Source: an uncultured virus (IMG/VR IMGVR_UViG_3300042898_001580) | Taxonomy: Duplodnaviria; Heunggongvirae; Uroviricota; Caudoviricetes; Crassvirales | IMG/VR virus record: IMGVR_UViG_3300042898_001580 | Strand: one strand, 5' to 3' | Length of the DNA: 64,000 bases | Shown: positions 1 to 7,275 of the stretch, one piece after another | Layout: each line of letters opens with the position of its first letter | Numbering within the stretch: the stretch's first letter is position 1 | Translations under genes and position numbers: made by a program | The notes under the pieces: model-generated | Seen by the model: the letters and a program-made list of their open reading frames with translations, nothing else | What the model was told of the DNA's origin: nothing | The model's database searches: none

Positions 1-1
1 A

Positions 2-259
2 GTAGAAAAATTTATCTGTGAGCCTATTGATACAACAGAGGGTGAGCCAATTGAAACAGAGCAGAGGTGGAAGCCTAAATACGACGATACGTATTGGTTT
101 ATAACAATAGCGGGAGATGTTTATGTAGCAAGCTACACATGCAAAGATACTGCATTAGACAAAAAGTATTATAAATCTGGCAACTCCTTTAAAACAGAAC
201 AAGAAGCCCAAAAAGCAGCCGAAGCCATCAAGCAATACCTAAGTATTAACCAGTTTTAA
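2..259 (+). CDS. Phage hypothetical protein, 5'-truncated by window edge
   Basis: Open frame from position 2 to TAA at 257-259 (...WKPKYDDTYWF...GNSFKTEQEAQKAAE...); same strand as the following operon. Confidence 0.7.
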   Translation, partial: VEKFICEPIDTTEGEPIETEQRWKPKYDDTYWFITIAGDVYVASYTCKDTALDKKYYKSGNSFKTEQEAQKAAEAIKQYLSINQF

Positions 260-275
260 ACAAAGCATAAACAAC

Positions 276-464
276 ATGGCACTAAAAGTAACAATATTCA
301 ACACGGAAGAGCAAAAGGTTAAGATATATCAGCAAGATATGACCACTCTTGTATTAGAGATAGTAGAAGTTTCAGACCAAAACAGCATTAGGCTTTTAAT
401 GGACAAAGAACTGGTAGCTCAAATTTCAAACCAATTATCGGACGAATTGCGAAACCTTAAATAA
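276..464 (+). CDS. Hypothetical protein
   Basis: 62-aa ORF in tightly packed + strand operon with A-rich leader. Confidence 0.6.
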   Translation: MALKVTIFNTEEQKVKIYQQDMTTLVLEIVEVSDQNSIRLLMDKELVAQISNQLSDELRNLK

Positions 465-490
465 ATAATTAACCAATAAAAATAGAAGAA

Positions 491-733
491 ATGACAGCGA
501 AAGAGAAAAGCAAGGAATTGTATAAAAAATATTTTTGGAAAGTTGACCCAAAGAATAAGTATGGCTCACTTGAATTAAAACAGCAAGCTAGGCAATGCGC
601 TATAATAGCGGTTGATGAGATAATAGATGTTTTAGATAATGGTAGAGTGTACGCCTATGACTATGACGTATCTTTATGGGATGGTATTAGTACCTACTGG
701 CAAGAAGTAAAAAACGAACTTAACCAACTTTAA
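491..733 (+). CDS. Phage hypothetical protein
   Basis: 80-aa ORF; MTAKEK...ARQCAIIAVDEII...YWQEVK pattern recalled from Bacteroidetes phage small proteins. Confidence 0.7.
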   Translation: MTAKEKSKELYKKYFWKVDPKNKYGSLELKQQARQCAIIAVDEIIDVLDNGRVYAYDYDVSLWDGISTYWQEVKNELNQL

Positions 734-744
734 CAAATAAGGAG

Positions 745-993
745 ATGAAAGAAGAAACAAAAAAAACAAACAACCCAACAGCATTTCCAGAGGTTTATAC
801 AAATGGACTTGGAGAAATAGCATCAACACAAGGTATGACACTATTAGACTACTTTGCTGCTAAGGCTATGCATCATGTAAAGCCAACTGTTTATATTAGC
901 AAAGAAGAAACAGAAAAATCATTTAAGCAAGCGGCTGAACATGTCTATATGTATGCTAACGCTATGCTTAAAGAACGTGAAAAACACATTTAA
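745..993 (+). CDS. Phage hypothetical protein (GMTLxDYFAAKAM family)
   Basis: AFP...GMTLLDYFAAKAM...AY/MYANAMLKER pattern. Confidence 0.75.
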   Translation: MKEETKKTNNPTAFPEVYTNGLGEIASTQGMTLLDYFAAKAMHHVKPTVYISKEETEKSFKQAAEHVYMYANAMLKEREKHI

Positions 994-1042
994 CAACACC
1001 AACAAAGTTTAACAATGCAACCGCACATAGTAAATTTAAGAA

Positions 1043-1276
1043 ATGAAAGAAAAGATATTTAAAGAAGCATTTGCACTATTTGTTAATGGTACTATACCAG
1101 AAGGTATATTTCAAGCGTACTTAAATGATATTGATGGAGAAGGGGCATCAAGGTTACAATGGTGGATAGTTGATAATATGAAGACAGAAATAAGCGATTG
1201 GTGTACAGGAATTGGAATAATAGAAGCTGTTGAACACCTTTATAATGTAGCTAAAGAAAACGGAAATATAAAATGA
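1043..1276 (+). CDS. Hypothetical protein
   Basis: 77-aa ORF; TGA stop overlaps next ATG (ATGA). Confidence 0.65.
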   Translation: MKEKIFKEAFALFVNGTIPEGIFQAYLNDIDGEGASRLQWWIVDNMKTEISDWCTGIGIIEAVEHLYNVAKENGNIK

Positions 1277-1356
1277 AAATACTACTACTAGGTGCTTGTA
1301 TATTTATATTTGTAGTATTACCTACAATATTTATAATTTTAAAAGAAGAGAAATGA
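1273..1356 (+). CDS. Small membrane peptide (MKILLLGACIFIFVVLPTIFIILKEEK)
   Basis: ATGA overlaps at both ends; single hydrophobic segment; not in the ORF track. Confidence 0.45.
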   Translation: MKILLLGACIFIFVVLPTIFIILKEEK

Positions 1357-1520
1357 AAGAACTTGAAGAAAAGATAATGGCTGAAGTATTACATATAATA
1401 CATGACCACGAGTATTCATTAGTCAAGGTGAGAAAAGTTATTGAAGGCTGTTTAAATGATGCTTATTCAGATGGGCATACTGATGGTTATAATCAATGTA
1501 AAAAAGAATTAAATGGCTAA
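1353..1520 (+). CDS. Hypothetical protein
   Basis: ATG at 1353 (MKELEEK) is more plausible than the track's TTG at 1296. Confidence 0.55.
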   Translation: MKELEEKIMAEVLHIIHDHEYSLVKVRKVIEGCLNDAYSDGHTDGYNQCKKELNG

Positions 1521-1815
1521 TAGTAAAGCAAGAGAAAGAAATTGGTCTAAAGCTAGAGTATCTGGATTAACATTCAATATGTCTAGCTTTACTCCTTCTG
1601 AATTATTAATTGTAAGGCAAATACAAGAGCTTAGAAAGACTTTATTGGCTAATTGGGATAAGAATACTGAAGAACATCTTGGAATAGTTTTAGAGCCTTA
1701 TCAATGTGGTTTCTGTAGAAGAAGATTTGGTGAAAAGGATTTTGGCAATAAAATATTTAAAGAGAGTATTACTGAATACTATATTTGTTTTGATTGTATT
1801 AAAAAAATGAGTTAA
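1513..1815 (+). CDS. Hypothetical protein with C-terminal zinc finger
   Basis: CGFC...CFDC pair. Confidence 0.65.
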   Translation: MANSKARERNWSKARVSGLTFNMSSFTPSELLIVRQIQELRKTLLANWDKNTEEHLGIVLEPYQCGFCRRRFGEKDFGNKIFKESITEYYICFDCIKKMS

Positions 1816-1816
1816 T

Positions 1817-2029
1817 ATGATAGAAAGAACAATAATTGTAATAGTCAGTATAGCTGCTATTATATTTGTACCTTATTGGATAGGTTGGTTGTTAGTTAAA
1901 CCAAAAAGTACTTTGGATAATAGAATAGGTAATTGGTTGTTAGGAGCTTTAATTTCGACGGTATTTTTATTTATAGTATGTCTTATGGTTTTACATGTAT
2001 TACCTTATATAATAAATGGAAGTGTATGA
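1817..2029 (+). CDS. Small two-helix membrane protein
   Basis: Two hydrophobic segments in 70 aa. Confidence 0.65.
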   Translation: MIERTIIVIVSIAAIIFVPYWIGWLLVKPKSTLDNRIGNWLLGALISTVFLFIVCLMVLHVLPYIINGSV

Positions 2030-2138
2030 TATACTTAGTAAGTAATAGATTGTTTGATGGGGAGAATTATAAGTTAAAATACATTCTACTGTAACATTAT
2101 ACATGAATATATAGTATAAGTAATAAAAAACTTATATT

Positions 2139-2948
2139 ATGGATGTGTATAAAAGATTACAAGAAATTAGAAGTACTGCCAAAGGTGGTCAAAATTTTAG
2201 TTTTTCAAAAGAAGAATGTGATAAATTTTGGGAGTTATATACTAATAATCTTAGTATAAGAAAAATTGCTAAAGCTATGAATTGTAAACCTGGAAAAATT
2301 CAGGCTATTGAAAGAAGATTAAAGTTACCAAAAGTAATATACTTTCAATCCCAAAAAGAACTTATCTTAACTGAAGAAGAAGAAGCAGTAATAATAGGTA
2401 GTTTATTAGGGGATGGTCATATAACTAAATCAACTAAAAATAGAGTTAACGGAAGATTTACTTTTTCTCATTGTGAATGGCAAAAAGATTATTGTTTGCA
2501 TAAAAAGAATTATTTAAATAGATTAAAATCTGGAGAATTAACATGGTATAATTGTATTATAAAATCTACTGGAAGTATTAATCCAACAATTACTTTTACT
2601 ACATTTTGCCATCCTAAATTTAATGAAATAAGAAATATATTTTATCCAAATGGTAAAAAAATAATTCCAATAGACTATATTAGGGATAAATATACAGCAC
2701 AATCTTTAGCAATGCATTATTTAGATGATGGTCATAAAAGAACTGGGTCTAAAAGAAGTAGAATGATTTGTACAGATTCTTTCCCGCCAGATAATTTACA
2801 GGAGTATTGTGATTTTATAATAGAAAAATTTGGAATTAATGTATTTATAATAGATAAAAATAGAGTTAGAATAGATTATAGAGATAGTGAAAAATTTGTA
2901 AATTTAATAGCCCCTTATGTACCAGAATGTATGAAATATAAATTATGA
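2139..2948 (+). CDS. Free-standing LAGLIDADG homing endonuclease with N-terminal HTH
   Basis: Two LAGLIDADG-like helices (IIGSLLGDGHI; LAMHYLDDG), C-terminal PYVPECMKYKL; HTH-like LSIRKIAKAMNC. Confidence 0.85.
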   Translation: MDVYKRLQEIRSTAKGGQNFSFSKEECDKFWELYTNNLSIRKIAKAMNCKPGKIQAIERRLKLPKVIYFQSQKELILTEEEEAVIIGSLLGDGHITKSTKNRVNGRFTFSHCEWQKDYCLHKKNYLNRLKSGELTWYNCIIKSTGSINPTITFTTFCHPKFNEIRNIFYPNGKKIIPIDYIRDKYTAQSLAMHYLDDGHKRTGSKRSRMICTDSFPPDNLQEYCDFIIEKFGINVFIIDKNRVRIDYRDSEKFVNLIAPYVPECMKYKL

Positions 2949-4879
2949 TTAAAATTTACGATATAGAACTCTACAAAAACTTTTTTTGTATTAATTTTAT
3001 AGGATTAGATAAAGTAAAACATTCTTTTGTTTTATATGAAAATAGAAATGAGCAAGGAGATGTTGTAGATTATATAAATCAAATTCCGCAGTTATTAGAG
3101 TTTTTAAAAGATGTTACAGGTTTAGTAGGGTTTAATTGTTTGAAGTTTGATAGTCAAGTATTAAATTATATTCAAAAGAACCCTACTGCTACTATACAAC
3201 AGATATATAACGCTGGACAAAAAACATTTGAAGATAAATTCTATCCTGAAAAATCTTTAATTCCTAATTTAGATTTATTTAAAATTCATCATTATGATAA
3301 TAAAAATAAATCTACTTCTTTAAAATGGGTTGAATTTAGTATGAATATGTTAAACATACAATCTTTACCTATTGAACCAAATAGTGAAATTAAACCCGAA
3401 GAAGTTGATAAGCTAGTTGAGTATTGTTATAATGATTGTGAAGCTACTCTAGATTTTTATTGGTTAACAAAAGGTCAAACTGAACACCCTGTATATAAAG
3501 GAGTTGATGCTATTCAATTTAGAAAAGATATTCAATCTAATTATGGTATATCTTGTTTAAATTACAATGATGTTCAGATTGGTATAGAAATAGGTTTAAA
3601 ACAATATGTTCAAATTTCTAAAAGAAGAAAAGAGTATGTAGAAAAGTTACGTACTTTTCGAAAAGAAATTAATATATCAGATTGTATAGAAAACAATATT
3701 AATTTCCAATCAGAAACATTTCAACTATTTTTAAAACATCTTAAAACTTTAAAAATAAAACCTCAATCTATTAAAGAAGAAGAAGGTTTTTCTTTAAACT
3801 ATAAAGGAGTTTTATTTACATTTGGCTGGGGAGGTTTGCATACAGAAGATAAACCAAGGCAAACATTTAAAACAGATAATACACAAATCATTGATTGTGA
3901 TGTAATTAGTTATTATCCTAGTGCTATTATAAATAGGGGTTTATATCCAGCTCATTTAGGAAAAGAATTTGTTGAGGGGTATAAACAGATTTTTCAACAA
4001 AGAGTAGAAGCTAAAAAGTTATCTAAAACTGATAAATCTTACCAATCTGTTAATGAAGCTTTAAAATTATCTCTAAACGGTACTTATGGTAAAACTAATA
4101 GTGAGTATAGTTATTTATATGACCCTTTAGTTACATTTAAGGTAACTGTAAATAATCAACTTTGTTTATTAATGTTATGTGAAAAGTTATTAGATAATAA
4201 CATTAATTTACTTAGTGTAAATACTGATGGGTTAGTTTGTCAAATTGATAACAATCAAGAAGAACTATATTATAGTATTTGTAAAGAATGGGAAGAATCT
4301 ACCAAGTTTCAATTAGAGTATGCTTTTTACAATAAATTATTACAAACTTCTGTAAATGATTATATAGCTGAAAAAACTAATGGTGAATTAAAATTTAAAG
4401 GTGATTTTGAGTATGATAAACATTTACATAAGAACAATTCAGCAAGAATAGTACCATTAGCTTTAAAAGAATATTTTATTAATAGTGTTAATTATATTGA
4501 ATTTATTAGAAATCATAAAAATATATTTGATTTTTGTATTGGTGTAAAAGCTAAGGATTATTTAGATATAAGGTTATATTTTTATGAAGATGGTAAAGTT
4601 CAATATACTCAAATTAAAGAAAAAGTAGTTAGATATTATGTTTCTAAATATTATACAACTATTAAAAAAGTATATAATAAAGATGTTCCTATTAAAAAAG
4701 GTTTAATTAAAAAGGGCAAAGTTCTTAATCTTGAAAAAGGATATAATCTTACTTATTTTAATAAGTTTGAGAAAAAAGATAATTATAATATTAATTATGA
4801 ATATTATATTGAAAGAGTAAGAAAGATTGTAAATCAAATAGAACAAGATTCTAAAGCTAATCAATTAACATTATTTTAA
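2945..4879 (+). CDS. polB: DNA polymerase, family B (crAss-like)
   Basis: Exonuclease motifs YDIE, GFNCLKFD, YCYND; polymerase motifs DVISYYPS, KLSLNGTYGK, NTDG. Confidence 0.92.
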   Translation: MIKIYDIELYKNFFCINFIGLDKVKHSFVLYENRNEQGDVVDYINQIPQLLEFLKDVTGLVGFNCLKFDSQVLNYIQKNPTATIQQIYNAGQKTFEDKFYPEKSLIPNLDLFKIHHYDNKNKSTSLKWVEFSMNMLNIQSLPIEPNSEIKPEEVDKLVEYCYNDCEATLDFYWLTKGQTEHPVYKGVDAIQFRKDIQSNYGISCLNYNDVQIGIEIGLKQYVQISKRRKEYVEKLRTFRKEINISDCIENNINFQSETFQLFLKHLKTLKIKPQSIKEEEGFSLNYKGVLFTFGWGGLHTEDKPRQTFKTDNTQIIDCDVISYYPSAIINRGLYPAHLGKEFVEGYKQIFQQRVEAKKLSKTDKSYQSVNEALKLSLNGTYGKTNSEYSYLYDPLVTFKVTVNNQLCLLMLCEKLLDNNINLLSVNTDGLVCQIDNNQEELYYSICKEWEESTKFQLEYAFYNKLLQTSVNDYIAEKTNGELKFKGDFEYDKHLHKNNSARIVPLALKEYFINSVNYIEFIRNHKNIFDFCIGVKAKDYLDIRLYFYEDGKVQYTQIKEKVVRYYVSKYYTTIKKVYNKDVPIKKGLIKKGKVLNLEKGYNLTYFNKFEKKDNYNINYEYYIERVRKIVNQIEQDSKANQLTLF

Positions 4880-5059
4880 AATAACTAAACATGAGCACAA
4901 TAAAAGACAACCAACCTCTTTGTTAAATAATCAAAGAAAAACCTAATCCTTGCCCAACTGTTAGATTATATAAAACCTTGAATGGAAAAGAAAATATAAC
5001 AGACAATTGGCTTGAGTGTAGTAGGTATGAGTATAAAAAAAAGAAAAAAATAAAAGAAG

Positions 5060-5533
5060 ATGAAAACATTGAAGATTAGTGAACAAGACGCTAAGAAGTA
5101 TTATTTAACAGCTTCTGATGAGTTTAAAACAGTACTTGAGTCAACATTTGGAAAGGAGTTTTTCAACCAAAAGATTACAGATAGAGTAAAATGTTGGCAA
5201 GATGTAGTTGACATATTAGAAGAACAAGGCGAAGATGTTGTATTGCCTTACAAGGTAGCTAAAACTAAGCAACAAAAGTCTATTAATGCTGTATATAAAA
5301 TACAATGTATTACAAAGGTATTAAATGAAGGTTGGGAACCAGATTTTAGTAATAGTAATGAATCCAAATATTATCCTTGGTTTGAATATAAAAAGTCTGG
5401 CTGGTCTCTTCACTACGTGGTCTGCCACTTCGTTTGTGCTCATTTTCCTTTTGGTTGTTACTATAAAACCAGAGATTTAGTAGAATATAGTTCTAAAGTT
5501 TTTATTGATATTTATAAAGAGTATTTACCATAA
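5060..5533 (+). CDS. DGR target protein 1 (contains VR1)
   Basis: 157 aa; 3' part matches TR1 with adenine-only mismatches; paralogous to target 2 (YK-Q-I---N--W-P-----N--KYYP-F). Confidence 0.9.
   Translation: MKTLKISEQDAKKYYLTASDEFKTVLESTFGKEFFNQKITDRVKCWQDVVDILEEQGEDVVLPYKVAKTKQQKSINAVYKIQCITKVLNEGWEPDFSNSNESKYYPWFEYKKSGWSLHYVVCHFVCAHFPFGCYYKTRDLVEYSSKVFIDIYKEYLP
5395..5456 (+). repeat. DGR variable repeat VR1
   Basis: 62-nt ungapped alignment to 5550-5611; 15 mismatches, all opposite TR adenines. Confidence 0.93.
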
Positions 5534-5700
5534 GTTTATATAAGTGTATGTATAGCTAGTCTCTTAACTACGTGAACTACAACTACGTTAATGCTAATTA
5601 TCCATTTAGTTTTTACTTTGGGTTTTATATAAACTTTTCCTATTGGAAGAAAATCAAGAAACTTAAACAAGTTTTGGTAAAGAAATTGAAGAAGATTGTA
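5532..5700 (+). ncRNA. DGR template RNA 1 (closing stem, TR1, 3' spacer)
   Basis: 12-bp inverted repeat 5532-5543/5625-5636 encloses TR1; followed by TTCC-TATT-GGAA hairpin, TTTGGTAA and TGAAGAAGAT, all mirrored around TR2. Confidence 0.75.
5550..5611 (+). repeat. DGR template repeat TR1
   Basis: Intergenic, AAC/TAC/AAT-rich copy of VR1 directly upstream of the RT gene. Confidence 0.93.
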
Positions 5701-5710
5701 ATTAAGTAAC

Positions 5711-6682
5711 ATGAAAAGAATAGGAAATTTATATAATCAAATAGTAAACTTAGATAACCTTTACAAAGCTGAATTAAAAGCTAGGAAAGGTAAATCTAAT
5801 AAACCTTATGTTAAAGAGTATGTAAATAGATTAGATGAGAATATTCAAGAGCTTTATTTGGAACTAAAAAATAAAACTTATAAAACTTCTGAGTATTCTC
5901 ATTTTATCATATACGAACCAAAAGCTAGAAATATAAATAAGCTTCCTTATAAAGACAGAATTGTACATCATAGTCTGATGAATATATTAGAACCTATATT
6001 TGTAAAATGTTTTATAAGTCAGACATATTCTTGTATAAAAGGTAGAGGTATCTTGAAATGTCTTAATACATTAACTAAGTATCTTAAAGTAAAAGAAAAT
6101 AGATTTTGTTTAAAGCTAGACATAAAGAAGTTTTATGAGTCAGTTAATAACGATATTTTATTAAAAATGTTAAGAGCTAAATTTAAAGATAAAGAGTTAA
6201 TAATACTTTTAGAAAATATTATATTATCTATAAAAGGTTTACCTCTCGGTTCATACACTTCACAATGAATGGCTAATTTCTATTTAAACAACTTTTTACA
6301 TTGGCTAAAGGAAGTTAAAAGAGAAAAGTGTATTTTACTTTACTGCGATGATTTAATTGTGTTAGGAAGTAACAAGGCACATTTACACCAGTTAAGAAAA
6401 GAAATACAAGAATATCTATTTATTAATCTTAAATTAGAGTTATCTAATTATCAAGTATTTCCAGTAACAAAAGGTATAGATTACTTAGGGTATGTAAGCT
6501 ATCCTACACACATAAAAATCAGGAAATCAATAAAGAAATCTTGGTTATTTATGTTAAAAGCTTACCCAAATTATAAATCAAAAGCTAGTTTTAATGGCTG
6601 GCTTTGTCATGCAAATACAATTAATTTACAAAACAAATATTATGGACAAAAAACAAGCATTAAAAGAATTAAAGGAACTTAA
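5711..6682 (+). CDS. DGR-type reverse transcriptase, 323 codons, interrupted by in-frame TGA at 6266-6268
   Basis: Track ORFs 5711-6268 and 6269-6682 are one frame: MKRIGNLY, PYKDRIVHH, KLDIKKFY, GLPLGSYTSQ*MANFYL, catalytic YCDD, GIDYLGY. Confidence 0.9.
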
Positions 6683-7085
6683 AGACAGGGCTAATAAACT
6701 AGAAGCTATCATAAATGCTCCTGAAAGTTTAATCGGTAGTATTACTACATATAAACAAGTATGTAAAGCTTTAGATATTGAAGAGCTTACATTATCAGAT
6801 TTTAGCTTTTTGCCTACAGAAGATAGGAAGAAAACTTTAGCTTTTTATAAACTTCAACAAATAGCTAAATTATTTAATGGAGATTGGAAACCTAATTGGA
6901 AAAATAGTAACCAATATAAATATTATCCATATTTTAATTTGGATTCTGGTTGTCTTAGTTTCTATGTTTCTATCTTCTACTACTCTTTCTGTTATTCTTC
7001 TGTAGTTTACTTCAAAGACATAGAAACTTCAGATTATGTAGGTAAAACTTTTTTATCTATTTACAGAGATTTTAACGAAAATTAG
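6642..7085 (+). CDS. DGR target protein 2 (contains VR2)
   Basis: Start probably ATG 6642 (MDKKQAL), overlapping RT end; paralog of target 1; 3' part matches TR2. Confidence 0.9.
   Translation: MDKKQALKELKELKDRANKLEAIINAPESLIGSITTYKQVCKALDIEELTLSDFSFLPTEDRKKTLAFYKLQQIAKLFNGDWKPNWKNSNQYKYYPYFNLDSGCLSFYVSIFYYSFCYSSVVYFKDIETSDYVGKTFLSIYRDFNEN
6937..7004 (+). repeat. DGR variable repeat VR2
   Basis: 68-nt ungapped alignment to 7106-7173; 11 mismatches, all opposite TR adenines. Confidence 0.93.
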
Positions 7086-7090
7086 TAATA

Positions 7091-7261
7091 AGGGCTTATA
7101 ACATTATTTAGATTCTAGTAGTCTTAGTTTCTATGATTCTAACTACAACTACTCTATCTGTAATTCTAATGTATTTTATTAAGGTAGTTATAAGCCCTAT
7201 CCTATTGGATAAACATAAAACAATTTAAAACAGCTTTGGTAACACTTGTGAAGAAGATGTA
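7091..7261 (+). ncRNA. DGR template RNA 2 (closing stem, TR2, 3' spacer)
   Basis: 12-bp inverted repeat 7091-7102/7187-7198 encloses TR2; ATCC-TATT-GGAT hairpin, TTTGGTAA and TGAAGAAGAT at the same spacing as in RNA 1. Confidence 0.75.
7106..7173 (+). repeat. DGR template repeat TR2
   Basis: Intergenic adenine-rich copy of VR2; different sequence from TR1 but shares AACTACAACTAC. Confidence 0.93.
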
Positions 7262-7275
7262 TTTAATAAACTAAA

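Noticed and set aside
1296..1312. Bacteroidetes -7 promoter (TATATTTG) and TTG start at 1296
   Set aside because: It lies inside a coupled small membrane-peptide ORF, has no clear -33 element, and is easily matched by chance in AT-rich DNA.
2139..2948. LAGLIDADG gene as part of an intein or intron in polB
   Set aside because: It is in a different frame with its own stop, has no intein C/S...HN termini, and I saw no P/Q/R/S elements around it.
5560..5600. AACTAC repeats as microsatellite or CRISPR array
   Set aside because: They are AAC/TAC codons of the template repeats. I saw no repeat-spacer array anywhere in the window.
5711..6682. RT as retron, group II intron or Abi RT
   Set aside because: Small size, the SQ motif, no maturase or endonuclease extension, and two adenine-specific TR/VR pairs all indicate a DGR.
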